A stretch of DNA of 61,484 nt, filler included, from Jimgerdemannia flammicorona (Eukaryota), in assembly GCA_003990765.1 (NCBI GenBank). It is 2 parts of 2 records of this genome, joined end to end, with 100 filler letters (N's around TTAATTAATTAA, not from the genome) between each part and the next. Parts side by side here need not be neighbours in the genome. Positions count along the whole stretch, not along the records: positions 1 to 30,711 come from RBNJ01000430.1; positions 30,812 to 61,484 come from RBNJ01000431.1. One strand, given 5' to 3'. The notes beneath the pieces are model-generated. The model did no database searches. It saw nothing but the letters and a program-made list of their open reading frames with translations, and was not told the origin of the DNA. A program made the translations under genes and the position numbers. Below, one piece after another: positions 24,931-38,900 of the stretch; position 1 is the stretch's first letter; each line of letters opens with the position of its first letter.

Positions 24931-27900
24931 ATTCACATCTCTCTCTGCTATAATTCACATTACACACACTTTACAACACACTTTCAAATTGTTTATTGGA
25001 GAAAGATATTAAGGAGATGTCAACCAGCAAGCAAGCCAATGCACATCCTAGGTCGGGTGGACCTGGGGCCTTCGACTGGCAGCATGTCGGGAGAGGGTAT
25101 GGACTGGGGATGGGGTCTTTCGGTGGTTCGAGTGGACTGGGCAGCTCAGGGGGTGGAGGAAGCACTGGTGGGAGGGCTGGAGGGCAGCAGGGAGGGAGCT
25201 TTGCGGATGCACTTAAGGCTGGGGGTTGGCCAAGGGGTGCTCACAGTGGACAGGCAGGAGGAAAGGGGAAGCAGAAGGTTGGCAATGCTGGGGGAGCTGG
25301 GCCTTCACTGGTGGGAGGTGGAGGGAGTGGAGTAGTAGCTAGGGGTAGTGGCAGGACTGCTGATGGTGGTGTGATGGTGAATCTGGAAAAAAAAGAAGAT
25401 GTGACGGCTGATGGCCAGGAGGGGCAGGGGCTCCTGATGCGGAAGGGGGACCTGGCTGATGGTGTAACAGGACTGGTGGTGGCCCTGTTGCTCAAGAAGT
25501 CTATCTCAGAGTTCGCGGCTACCTTGTGCTTCCGGGGCTTGGCAGTGACGGTGAGGATGGTCCTGGGGCTTATCTCGAGGCAGGTGGCTGGTGCGGCCTC
25601 AGTGAAGTTCTTGAAGGGCATGGAGAGAGTTGAGGTAGGCTTTGAGGAGGCAGGCCTACTGGATGAGGCCATGAAGACAGGAGTGGTGGTTGGGGAGGTG
25701 GTGGTCCCCATGGTAAGGTGCTTGAGGTGGGACCCCAGAGTGGTGTAGCTTCTGGTGAGGAGGGTGCCTACAGTGACTAAGGAGGAGACTAAGAGGAGGG
25801 TGGAGGAGGTGATGGTAGAGTATGGAGATGTGGTGGACATTGGATTTCAGTTGTGGGAGGGGACAACTATCAGGATGGGCGATATCGATGTCAGGATTCA
25901 GTTGGCAGGGAAAGAGGCCACAGAGAAGATGAGTGACTGGCCCTCAGTACTGATGTGGGGGGCCGTCATCTGTAAGGTGTCGAGGGTGAAGGAGAGTAAA
26001 GAGGAGGAGGAGGACTTGTTGGAGGCACTGGAGGAGTTGGGTGGTGCTGTGGAGAGGAGGGCAAAGGCCTGGAAACTGTTTGAGGAATCGATACATCTGG
26101 AGGTTGTGGGTGGGAGGCATATCCATATGGATAAGAAGCAGTAGGAGTGGGTCCAGGGATGCAAGAGGCAGAAGGAGCTGTTGGCGGGTATGACAGATGG
26201 GGGGAAGAAGAAGTCAGGTGAAGCTGAGGAGTCTGGAGGTGCTGAGGCCAGTGTCTGGGCTGGTAAAGGAGGAGAGGAGGTGGAAGCAAAGGAGGCAGAG
26301 GCTGAGAAGGGGCTGGTCAAGAACCCATTTGCCGATAGTACCTTTGAAGTATGGGAGCTGGAGTTGGATGCCACCCCCCCCTCACTTATCAGGAGGGGCC
26401 CTGTGGGGATGAGAGGGAGGATAGAGGATACACAGATGCAGGGGGCCCAGCAGGTGTGCTTTGGGGTCCCTGATGTGGCTCAAGGGGGTTAGGTGGTGGC
26501 AGTTGGCGAGGATGAGCTGGTGGATGTCCCTGAGGAGGAGTGGGATGAGGCTGCTAGTATAGGAGCTGATACCATGATGTTGGATGCAGGGCAACTGGAG
26601 ACCCCGGGAGGGAAGGAGGTGGGGAACTTGTTGTGGGTACACAAGGTGATGGATAACCTCGCAGCAGAAGCATTGGGGGAGGTAGACCTGTGGGCGATGC
26701 CTGAGGAGCATTGGGCAAGAATCCTGCATGGGGATGGAATGATGGAGGCACTGAAGGTGGAGATTCTGGCGATTTTGCTAAAGGAGGAGGGATATGAGGT
26801 TGACGAGATGAGGAAGGCAGAGCTGGGGGTGGTCGCCACTGAGTGGGCAGACTACTGTTGGGCAGAGCATCGGGGTCAGCAGCTCTGGCAGGAGGCATGT
26901 CTAGAGTATCATAAGGATTTTGAGGAGCATGAGGATGGGGCAATAGTAGAACTTCTGGGAAAGTTGGAGGCATGGGAAGCTGGGGAGAGGGAACTGGCTG
27001 CTGAACTTAACTTAGACTTAGTGTAGGAGAGACAGGATGCCGACTTATAGAGGATGGGCTCTGATATATATCATTATTCTTTATGAACAGTACAACCAAC
27101 ATTTTTTCCTTGAATGTGAATGGGCTAAGGGAATCTGGGCAGCATAGGAACATTTTTACTTGGCTTAAGGGATTGGAGGCTGATCTCTTTTTATTGCAGG
27201 ATGTTCAATGTAAGGATGAGGATGATTGGGCAGAGTGGACTAGGGAGTGGGGAGGGGCTGCTGCTTGGTTTAGAAAGATAGTGATTCTGGTGAGGAAGGG
27301 CAGAGGAGACTTGGGGGGAATTAGGAGCTGGGGTGATCGCTTGGTCTGGGGAGATTGGCATCGGCCAGGGTGGGAATCAGTGAAGGTGGGCTCTTGCTAC
27401 TGTTTTGCAGCTAGGGGTGAGCAGATTGCATAGATTAGGGGATTGCTGGAGGAGGGTATTCTCTTGGAGGAAGAGTTGATGTTCTCAGTGGGGACTTTAA
27501 TATGGTTCAGGATCAGTGTCTGGACCGAACTGATAGAGGGAGGAGTATCAGGGGTAGGAGTGGAGGTCTGGATGCTTGGGAGGAGGTGGAGACATTGAGC
27601 TCCTTGGGGGATATGGGCAGAACATGGTGGGGTGACACCAGGGTTTACATGTATTGGGTGAATAGCCTGGGTACAAGGATTGACTGGATTCTGATGGCAG
27701 AGTGCTGGGGTTCGGATGTTTGGAAGGCATTGAAAGTAGAGTGGTACCCATGGTCTGATCACTGGGGACTGTTAGGGCAGGGGCAGTTTGGGGGGAGTGG
27801 AGATGGACCTGGACATTGGCACCTTAACTCCTTCCTGCTGACTGAGAAGGAGCTGTGGGACCTGTGGGTGGAGGACATTCAGGCAAAAGTTTTGATCTGG

Positions 27901-30711
27901 AAGCATGAGGGTTTGCCTGTGGCTGACCACTGGATGAGGTTGAAAGAGGCTATAAGAGTTTATTGGGGAGAGGCAGGTAGAGAGGCTGGGAGGCAGAGAA
28001 GGAGGCATATGAGGTGTGCTTCCAGCAGGCTGAGGAGACTACAAATGGATTGGGTGGATTTGCTCACTGTTGTAAGGGTGGAGGATTGGAGGATAGAGAG
28101 GGCGAAATTGGAGATAGTGGAACTACAACAGGTGCTGAGGGGAGAGGAGGAGACCCATATGTGGGGCATGGCTGCTCGGCTGCAGTGACAGGGGCTTGAG
28201 GAGGGTGAGCAGCCTACTAGGTACTTATTGAGACTTCTCAAAGTTAGGAGAGTACATCATCAGTGGGATGGGGTCCTGGATGCTGATGGGAACATAGTTC
28301 GTGGCATGCAACAAATCCTGGGGGTCTTGAAGGAGAGATGGCAGGGTTTGTGGAGTGAGGGAGAAGGGGGTGCAGATGAGGCAGAGATTGTGAATACACT
28401 AGATGAGTGGGGGCTACCGCAGGTTGCTGGACTGAGGGACTTGATCTTACTGGTGCAGAGGGAGGAGATCCAGAGTGTCCTGGCAGCAACTAAGCTTGGG
28501 ATGGTACCAGGGGAGGATGGATTGCCTTGGGACTTCTGGAAGAAGATAGTGAATGTCCCCGGAGTGTTGGGCGAGATGGCTGATCTTTGTGATCATGTCC
28601 TTCGGAGTGGTGAGTGGGTTAGAGAGCAGGATCTGGGGCTGGTGGCCCTACTGTACAAAGACAAGGGAAGGAGAGAAGACTGGAAGAACTGGAGGCCGAT
28701 CATGCTTCTGGATATGGACAGGAAGATAGTGACTAAGGTGATTGTCGCAAGGCTGCAGAAGGTTACCCAACAGGTGCTGGGGGAGGAGTAGAGGGGCTTT
28801 GTTGGGGGTAGGCTAATAAGAGATGGGACTGCATGGGTTTATGGTGTTATTGAAGGGGCCTGGTCCTGTGGACTGGATGGAAGATTGGTCTTTCTGGACC
28901 AGGAGAAGGCCTATGACTGTGTATGGTAGGTGTGGCTGAGAAAGGTGTTGGACCAGATTGGTGTTCCCCCAACATTTAGGGCCTCTATGTTGAGTCTACT
29001 GGAAAGTAGTCGGGCAGCTCTGATGTGTAATGGTCACCGCGGGAGAGCATTTCTCTTAGGAAGAGGAGTTCCTCAGGGGGACCCTCTATCCCCGATTCTC
29101 TATGCCCTATTGCTGGAGCCATTGATGGATAGGATTCCCTGGAAGGTAGCAGAGCTCTCTATATATGATATAGTGTGGAAGGTGGGGGCCTTTGCTGATG
29201 ATATGGTGGTGGGACTTGAGTCTGTAGTGGATGTAGAGGCACTTCAGGAGACTGTGGAATGGTATGAGGCTCACTCAGGGGCGAAATTCAACTGGCATAA
29301 GTGTGAGAAAATGGTGCTAGGGAATGGGCTAGTGGGGGGGGACATCATTGGAACAATTGTCCCTACTGGTGAGGTGGTGCAGTATCTGGGCATCTTCCTC
29401 TCTGTATATGGTTCTGTCTTACCACGAGTGTGGTGGGAGGGCAAGGTAAATAGTTGGGGGAAAGCTCTTCGAGGATGGAGAGGCCACCATATCTCTATAG
29501 CAGGGCAGGTGTCGATTCTGAATGTATATTGGTTCTCGAAGCTGTGGTATGTGGCATATCACCTCGACTTCCCAGCATGGATGGTGAAGAAGCTGACAAA
29601 GGTGGCTAGGGATTGGATTTGGGTGGAGAGAAGGTCCCAGGTCAGTTGGGATACTCTTGCGAGACTGGTAATTAGGGGAGGTCTTGGTCTGGTGGATTTC
29701 CCTAAGAGGCTGCACTGCTTGAGAGTCTGGTGGTTGAAGAGAGCTGTGGATTTGCAGGGCAGAGGTTGGGTGCCTCTGCTGCAGAAGGTATAGGAGATGC
29801 GAACATCCCTCTGAGGGTCCTCCAGAGATCTGCTCTCTTTGGTGGGGCTGAATGGAGTTCAGAGGCTGCAGTTTAAGAGCTTTTGGTGGGGAGTAGCCGA
29901 TGGAATACACCGAATTGGCCTGCAATGGCAGGGTAACGAGGGGGAGGTGGCGTGGGGGCCTAATATGTGGCATTGGGATGGACTGCTCCTGGGGGGTGCT
30001 CTATTGGCTGTGTTCGATATTGGAGAGGGAGTGGAGTGTCAGTGGGGGCTTGGCCAGAACCTTTGGCTGAGTAGCTGGCAGGCAGTTGGAATTGGAGAGG
30101 AGTGGGACTGAGCAGACATCTGGTCTTGGAGTGCTGAGGTATGGAGGTGGCTTCCTCCCAAGTTCTGGGTGGTATGGTAGTGAATGTTGCAGAGGAATGT
30201 CATGCTGAATTTCCACTTGGGGCATTTAGTAGAGGGTGGACAATTTGACTACAAGGAGTGTTATGATGTTGGACAGGCTGGGGGTCATATACAGATACCG
30301 GAACATTGGCTGGGAGAGTGTGAGGTCTTGGGGGAATTTTGGGCTGAGATAGGAGATAGACTGGGTGTGGGGCATCAGCAGGTGGGGGAGGGGGGTCGCT
30401 GGGAGGACTTAATATCTTGGCTTGTAGGTGGGGTGGGGGATAGTTGACTCACTGTAGGATGGGTGTTAGTAGTATGGGTGGGGCTAGCAGGCCATTGGCT
30501 TTTTGTATTTGAGAAGGGGCAGTGGTTGGGGCTGCTTGAGAAGGTGTCAAGGTGAGAGGAGCTGGTGGGAGATCTGCTGACCAGATGGTGGGTGGGTTGG
30601 GGTCCTCAGAGAGGATGATGCCACAGTTTGGTGATGAAGATCTATGAGCAGAGTGGTGGGAGGGTGGGGATAGTGTTCGACAAAGTAGTCTTTCACAGGG
30701 AAGGGGTAGGG
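24931..30711 (+). mobile_element. L1/Tx1-like LINE copy 1 (ORF1 25017-27026; ORF2 from 27083), 3' end lost in the gap
   Basis: APE motifs SLNVNGL, GDFN, RIDW, SDH; RT motifs NWRPIMLL, DQEKAYD, GVPQGDPLSP, FADD; C-terminal C..(C)...EHWLGEC. Confidence 0.93.
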
Positions 30712-30811
30712 NNNNNNNNNNNNNNNNNNNNNNNNNNNNNNNNNNNNNNNNNNNNTTAATTAATTAANNNNNNNNNNNNNNNNNNNNNNNNNNNNNNNNN
30801 NNNNNNNNNNN
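30712..30811. other. Assembly gap / artificial contig linker
   Basis: Ns flanking TTAATTAATTAA (30756-30767), which has stops in all six frames. Confidence 0.95.
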
Positions 30812-30999
30812 AAAAAAAAAAAAAAAAAAAAAAAAAAGATATATATGTATATACGCTTACGTGTTGCCAAGGTCTGTTATCCGATAATGTTGACATATGA
30901 CCGCCTTCCTAAACGGAATTACGCCCGCGGTCAGACGTCCGCCGAAACCCATTGGTCCGCCTTTTATATTTATGTCATAAATCATTTGAATGATAACAA

Positions 31000-32640
31000 A
31001 AGTAAAACATTGACCCCTTTTGTCCCTCACTATATTTTTTCATTTGTTACCGAAGGTGCAGGAGCTGAAGTCAACACATCCACATCCAGAAAAAGGTGTT
31101 GCATAATTTCCAACGTCAGCAGTGTATCAACAGCTGTTGCATCTGCATCACAACGGGGCCTTAATTTGATCTTGTGCAACAAGCCCCTGTGAGAGGAATT
31201 TTAGATTTTGATAAGATAAAGCTGCGGTTCTGAATGCCTACCAGGGATGTAGACGATTCATTCCAAGAGGAATACGTAGATGCCACCTAGTGTACCTGGA
31301 TGGTGCAAGCGATTATGAGCTCGGAATGGCAACTTATGAGCAGGCGATGTTTTTCAAATGATTACACTTACTCAACATGCCTCCTACGGACGCCAGGGCG
31401 GATAGCATGGTCACAGACCTGTCCCGATAACTTTGTGAATTATTATGATACGCCAGATTGTTGGTAGGTCTATGAAGGCAAAACTTGAATGACCTACCTG
31501 ACCAGCCTGTTACTCCGTTTCAAATAGTCGGGTGTAATTGTAATTGGCTAATACCATCATAATTTTCGGGTAGTCCTGGGTAGTAAATTCCAACAAAGTA
31601 ATGGTGTCTCGTGGGATGAAAGGCATTCCCTATTTGAATGATATATATGTATGTTATAGCAGAGTAGGGTTTTAGTAAACGTGCTTATTCAAAACTACAT
31701 TAAAATGGTTATAGGAAGTATAAAAACTTACAATTCTGCTAGCCCAACTTTTTTCATTATCAATGTAATCTCATTCGATTGGACGAAAGTCGAACAAGTG
31801 CTTCTTCTGCGGCCTGATCAGCACTGGACGGAAGGAACGGGTTTGTTACACTTGCTAATCTAGATTTGTTATTATATATAATATTTGAGGCTAAGCACGG
31901 AAAAAGATGTGAGTTTCGAAAGTTCAAATCAGCGTTAAACACCATCCGTCTTCCTTCCCTTACCTGGGTCGAAGAGAAAAATGCGTATGCCACGAGGGCC
32001 GTATTGTTGAGTGCTTTGCCAGTTGTCGGATCTGTGAAATTCACGGTTAAATAGTAACTGGTAACGCTGGTATTGAACATAACGCCTGTAGGGCGGACGG
32101 CATAGCAGTGCGAACTATGGACTCCTGGTAGGTTTCCATTGACACTGAAAGGTAGTGATAAATGTGGGAATTCATTGGGGGTTTGGCTGTACCAATTTAC
32201 TTCGCTCTTGACGTTAAGGTAGGGGCAATCGAAGGTGAAGTCAAAGTCACCGAATCTTGAATTTACTGGACAGACGACGACATCTAGTACAAAACAAGAA
32301 AAAATGATGTTAGCACCACGCTGGAGATGATACACGAATGTGTTCAAAATGATAGAGTACCTAGAGCTTGAACGGACGTTACCCTGACGGCGGACGGCTC
32401 TATAGTCAATGTGCCCTTTGACCAATCTTCTACTACGGTGAGAATTGTTTCTAACCCTCCAAGAAAAAAGATTATCGATAAAACTATGCGCAATGAACGC
32501 ACGCTGCTGCCTTCGAAATTCTTGGGAGGGGTTTTTCCAGTTGTGGGCAGTTTTGACCTCGCTTATCTGAGGGGTACGAATTTCGATGGGGATCAACTCC
32601 AGGTGCAGGTGGTTTTGAAGTCGGACCACAATCCCATCGT
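31000..32640 (-). pseudogene. Multi-exon host gene, probably frameshifted; two-TM membrane protein with a large loop
   Basis: Intron 32284-32360 (GTACTC..GCTAAC..TAG) joins LRIVLSIIFFLGGLETILTVV...QAL to DVVVCP...; exon 32283-31964; later SALASVGG and GIYVFL.GMNRLHPW|G segments. CpG retained. Confidence 0.6.
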
Positions 32641-32801
32641 GCTTTCTTGAAGTTTGATCTATAGGTGCGTAGATATTCTTATTGTTTAAGGATGCAAAAT
32701 TTCCCTGCTTAAATTTGTGGTTTTGACAAATTCACTTGGCTCGGGACCATCCAGACCACCCGGAATTGGACTGGACTGCGAGCTGATATAGTTATGGGTA
32801 T

Positions 32802-33263
32802 TGTAACGGTTCTAGTTTCTTTAAGAGGAAGTGGCTTAATCTGGAAGTTCTAGTTGGCCTAAAGTAACTCAAAGAGATACTTAAAGGTTCAAGTGTTCTC
32901 AAAGGATTTCTGGGAGAAAATATTCTGAGCTTTATTCAGGCAGAGAATAAGGATATTTATACATGATCTGAAAGAAAGATCCAGAAGGATCTTGAAAAGA
33001 AAGAGAAATACCAAGAAATAGGTTCTCAGCAAAGCTGACTAATACTATTCTACAATGTTCTAAAAGGTTCCATGACTAGCTAAGACAAGATACTTGGTAT
33101 CAAGGAAAGACAAGAATGTTCTAGTAGTGTCTGGGCACCAAGAGAAGGTTTCTAAGCAAGTAGAAAGTAGCAGAACATAGTAGAATATTCAAGAAATAAT
33201 AAGAAAATACTAACTAAAAGATGTGAAAATATACTAAGACTAAATATGACTGTGAAATTGTTA
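32802..33263 (-). repeat. Family C LTR, isolated copy lacking the terminal CA
   Basis: Homologous to the LTRs at 45512 and 46352. Confidence 0.9.
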
Positions 33264-33350
33264 GTAGTTTGGTTGGTTTTGTCTATCTCAACTTATAACA
33301 TTCAACCTAGTAAGTAATATTGATAGTACTGAATATGACTTCAGTTGGTC

Positions 33351-33356
<6 letters not shown>

Positions 33357-33392
<36 letters not shown>

Positions 33393-33396
33393 CATT

Positions 33397-33436
<40 letters not shown>

Positions 33437-33956
33437 GTCACTTAGACTCCTTTCTTTATTAATACCCATCTATCCTATATAAATATATTGAGACCTCTCA
33501 TTCGATCCCCCTAGGAGGACCCCCCTCCCTCACCCTCACTCAATAAAAGGCTACTTTGTCTAATACCATCTCCACCCATCTACCACTCTGTTCATAGATT
33601 CTTTCCACCAGACTGTGACATTGCCTACTCTGGGGACCTCAACCCATCCACCACTCAATCAGCAGATCTCCCATCAATCTCTCCCATCTTAACAACTTCT
33701 TCTATAAACTTATCTATCACCCCTTCTCAAAAACTAAGAGCCAATGACTAGCCAGTCCTACCCATACTGCTAAAACCCACCCTACAGTGAGCCAACTATT
33801 GTCCACACCACTCACTAGCCAAGATTTCAAATCCTCCCATCAGCCTCTTACACTATTCGGCCTTCTTGCTACACCTAGTCTATTCCCTACTTCTATCTAA
33901 AAGTCCTCCAAAACCTCACACTCTCTTAGCTAATATTCCGGTATCTACACAAATCC
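33357..33956 (-). mobile_element. 5'-truncated LINE
   Basis: Poly(T) plus the reverse complement of the LINE 3' end (AATAAAG..GAGTC.AAGTGACTATA); 15-bp TSD CAGTTGGTCTGCCTT at 33342-33356 and 33957-33971. Confidence 0.92.
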
Positions 33957-35914
33957 CAGTTGGTCTGCCTTAGTATAGTTATTAGTTTGGTTATCTGTTT
34001 AGTCATCAGTTTGATATGTTGATTATTTTCTCACTTATATATATTCATCTATCTTAAATAATATATCTCCTTATCTATTTTATCTCATTTGTCTTATCTC
34101 ATTCATATCATCCTCCTCAGAGAATAAAATCTCTTTAATTCTAATAGTTGGCCAAATATATTATATATATTCTATCAGATTTATTTCAATAAAATCATAA
34201 AAATAATATGAAATTTATTTTATTCTGAAAGTATTATATTGCACAATTTGAACAGAATAATTAATGATTTCCATACAGAACCTAATTTGAATCTTTTGGT
34301 CAAGAAGATACTTTGTGTAAGAAGTAATCTTTCTATATATATATACTCCTTCTCTATTCTCCAGAATCCAAACTGAGATCTCATCGATATTATTAAGAGT
34401 ATTAAAATAGTCTATTATAGTTTTCTTTAAAGATTTGTAACCAAACTCAAAATCTCAATAGATCTCATAAGAGTATCTACTATTCTTAGTAATTCCAATT
34501 TATGTTTAGTAAAAAAAAATATAACTATCTTAAGTAATACTAGATTTAAATAAATAGATACATATATATTGTAACAAACCAAAACATACTATCTGAATTA
34601 TATCTTAACCAGATAATGTGAATAATTAGGCAAGATGATGTGAATAAACAGCATAGTAACTAGCAACCATTGCTATGGAAAACTGTATAAATAGCCAGAC
34701 ATATCAGAAAGGGTCTGTTTACCTGTACAGACTCTGTACATCTGCCATAAGTAGCAGATCTATAGTTAGCCACATAGTAACCAGATAGCAACCACAATGT
34801 ATAAATTACCCCAGAGACAAGAGTGAATAAACCTCAGTCCGAAATTAAATCCAAAAGCAAAAGACAAGTCTGCCTACCACACTTTGAGAAGAACTCTACA
34901 GCCACTGTTAGGAGATTGTGAGCATTGGTCCCCTTTTCCCACTCTGGTCCACTTTCTGATATAAAGAACAAGGCCAGATAAGCCTGAAGATTTGCCACCT
35001 AAGTTCAAAGAGAACTTTGCTGCCTTTTGAGTAATCTGCCACTTAAGAAATAAGCTACTATTTTCAAGTTATTCTCTGCCTTCTCAAGAAAGCCACCTTG
35101 CTCAAGTCAGTTTCTGATACAACTTTGCAGTAGAGCCAGTCTATGACATAACCCTGCACAAATGAAGCCAGTCTTTGATGTAACTTTGCCAAGAGACCCT
35201 TTCCCAAAGAATGCCACCAGTTGTTTATATTTCCAGAAGAGCCTGATCTGGAAGAACCTGTACCATCTGAGTTAATTCCCAGTTGAAGCTGCCATTTTCA
35301 AGAAGTCTGCCGATTTAGGAGAATCCACATCATCCACTGTTTTCAAGTTATCCACATTTCCAGAAGACCCATGCCATCTGAGTAGTATTCTCAGTTGAAG
35401 CTGAACCTGCAACATCTGAGTTATTTGTTGTTCCTAGTGAACTCGTTATAGAAGAATCTATGCCATACAATTCCCAGTGAGCCAAATCAAGTTATCCACC
35501 AAATTATCAGAACATCCACATATGTAAGGAACCCACCATGCTACATAGAGATTATCACACAGAGATCGTCGCACTATACAGAGATCATTATACCAAGACC
35601 GTCATCCAGAAATTGTACACTTTTGGAAACCACTCATACTATATACAAATTCTGCCATTCCCAGTTGACCCAAGAAGGAAACCCATTCACATACACACAA
35701 ATCACCACTACACCCAGAGAACTATCCCAATTAGGAAATCAATATACAAATTGCTTGCAGATATCTAGTTTTGACTATTATACTGCTAAACACCAAGGAC
35801 CTCAGGAATTTTAGAACATTTTGTTGCTTTTTGACAAAGTAACTGGGGGTTCAAGCCAAACTACATCAACTCCCAACCTTGTAATTTGCCTCCATTGAGC
35901 CGGCATGTTACATT

Positions 35915-35931
35915 TGGGGGCTCAACTGAGA
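35915..35931 (+). promoter_or_regulatory. tRNA-Pro-type primer binding site
   Basis: TGGGGGCTCAACTGAGA versus canonical tRNA-Pro PBS TGGGGGCTCGTCCGGGA; most differences are transitions. Confidence 0.7.
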
Positions 35932-35989
35932 AGATTTCAAAATTGATGTGACTTTTCAGCTCACAAGAACCCACAGTTAAACTGGATAC

Positions 35990-38900
35990 ATTTGATACAA
36001 TACTAATCTCTACCACTATAGGAGAACTAGTCATTACTAGTATTTGGACAGAAAGAGAAGTAATTACCTCAAGACTTGCCAACTACCCAGTATCAGAAGG
36101 ATCCCAATCAGAAGCAGGAGGCAGTATAGCCCAAAATCCCCAACCAGACCAACCAGATCAACCAGATCAACCAGACAATACAGGCAGCCCTGTTAGAGAT
36201 TTTGGAGAACTCACACAAGAACTAGAAGACCTTATCACATGGACCCAATACTTTACAGCCAGACACCCCACACCAGTCCCACCAATCTCACCAATAGAAC
36301 CCCTACCACAACCCCTTGCAGAATCAGAAGTAGTTCCTACAAGAATACCTAGGCCTATTCCACCCCAGTCAAGGACCAGAACACCATCTTCAAGATACCC
36401 AAGCACCCCCATCTCTAGTGACAGTTCAGAAAGTGAATCAGAATCAGAATCCAAACTTGAACCAGAATCAGAAGAAAGTGATAATAAAATGGCCACCTTA
36501 TTGCCAACTTTTGCAGGATACCCAAAAGAAGACCCCAGAGAATTCCTTGATAGAATTGAAGGAATTGCAGCCTTGAGAAATCTCTCAGATGAAAGAAAAA
36601 TCACCATCTACAAAACTCAGCTCAGAGAACCAGCTAGAGGAATTTTCCATCGAACAGCAAACAACTGAGATTCAGAACTAGCAAGACAGATACAAGCAGC
36701 AATGTCTGATGAGCTAGAATATGAAGCCATAGTTCACTGGCTCATTGAAAAATATGCAGGAAATGAAACCTGCTATAAGGCTCAGGAATCCATTATAGGA
36801 ATGAAGATGAATCTTGGAGAATCACCTAGAGCCTTCTTCACAAGAATCCAGAAGAGAATGCATTTAGCCAGGTTCAATGCCACCAATCAAGACATCATAG
36901 GTCCAATGACCTTCATGAATGGAATTCTTCTGAATATTGCCCAGTATGTCTGCACCCTAGGCATCAGAAGGTCTGAAGAGCAAGTAGATGCAGCCCAAGG
37001 ATTCTTCAATGTCAGACAAGGAACTACCTGGAGTAATCATAATAAGAAGGAAGATAAAGAAGATATCCTGGTCAAAGCCCTGCAAGGACTCCTTCAAGGA
37101 CAAGAAAGATCTGAGGAAAGAAGGCCAGCCAAGAAGAAAAGAAGAACAGAAGTGAAATCCAAGACCTCAGCTCCAAGTTAGACCAATTGGTTGGATAGAT
37201 TGAAAAACTCACTACATGTGAAAATTGGGACTACCAAAACAACAAAAGGTATCAACCACAGAGGAGCCAAGGTTATCCACCAAGAGATAACAGGAATTAC
37301 CAGTAAGAAGAAAGAAGGTACCCTGTTTGAGACAGAGCCCAAGTCTAATACTTCCACTGTAGATAATTTGGACACTATGCCACTGAATGTAACAACAAAA
37401 GAAGTGACTGAAGGGACTCAGAACCACCAAAACAAAGGAATGACACTCAGTACAAGAAGACTGAAGCCCATCCTGTTGAAGATTTTGAAGAAGTAAGCAA
37501 CAGTGAAGACTACAGTAACCTAGACTTATACCCCACTAGAGTTACATCCTGGAAAACAGTCTATCCAGCAGAGAAAAGAAAGAGACCCATAGGAAGACCA
37601 TCCAGGAACATCAGCAGAAGAATTATCCAAGAAGAGGATGAAGAACATAAGGAGGAACAAGTAGAAACACCTCCCCGAACTCCCTCACCTTTTGTCGCTG
37701 AGACAAATGAGTTGCTACCAGAAGATGAAAAAATGGAACAAGAAGAACAGGAACCTGCTGCTCCAAGGCCTAAGAAGAAGTACACTCTGAAGACCATGCC
37801 TAGAGACATTTACAATGAAGTCTGGCAGAAGATTCAAGAAGCCAAGATGGAAGTCTCTCTCCTGCAGTTCTTGCAACTGACACCAGCTGGAGTCCAAAAC
37901 AAATTGCTGAGAACCACCAGGTCTAGCACTGGCCAAGTTCCAATCCCACAGTAAGAACCAACTTCCATCCTTGTCCAAGCAGCCGAAAGACATGTCAGCA
38001 CCTACTTACATGGAGATATTGGAGGACAAAAAGCAAAAATCCTCATAGACACAGAAGCAGCTATCTGTGTCATTGCCAAACGATTCTTGGACACTCTCCA
38101 ATAGCCCATTGATGGACCATCCAACCTTAGCATCATAGTAGCAGATGGAGCCCAAACTCAACCCCTTGGAGAAGTATGAAATATCACTATTTCTCTTGGA
38201 CACATTCAGTTCTCCATCCCCAAAGCTGTTGTCACTGAAGCTGTCACCTATGACATGATTCTTGGCACCAACTGAATGAAGGAAATGAATGCAGTTGTTG
38301 ATATTAGCTAATAAGTACTCAAGTTTGATTACCAAGGTAAGAAGTATAGGGTTAAGGTGACCAGCTATGAGCAATCAAAGAAGAAGAAGGTCACTATTCA
38401 GGAAGAGTATGCCAGTAGTGAAGAATCCACCACAGAAGAAGAGGAAGAATCTGAAGATGGAAATGACCCCAGACTCAATCCCCAAATCAATCTGGTAAAT
38501 AACTGACCAGAAGATAATGTGTGAGCCAAGAACACTATCCCTATTACTATTGGAGCTATTACAGGAGAAGCCAAAGGGTGCCCTATATGCCTCAAGAGAC
38601 ACAAGTGTCCTGAGCACTCTTCCAAGATCATGGGAACAAGGAAATCACCTGGCACAGCCTGCCTGAAATGCAGAAGGAAGAAGAAGAAATGCAGACATAT
38701 TCCAGAAACACCTGCAACTGAAGCTGCAGAAGTACAAGCAATTTGGGGTCAAGAATTATCTGAGGAAGAAGAAACTTCTGACCAAGAAGTTCCTGAACAA
38801 GAAGTACCTGATGAAGAAGAGGTCCCCGAACTCATTCCCTGGGATGACCCTTACTGGATACCACCTGAAGACAATGACCCTTGGAATACAGAAGAATGAC

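Noticed and set aside
30756..30767. TTAATTAATTAA palindrome
   Set aside because: Artificial six-frame stop linker; adjacency across the gap cannot be trusted.
24893..30846. AAAAGATATATAT as a TSD for LINE 1
   Set aside because: Low complexity, not flush with the LINE 5' end, and it spans the artificial gap.
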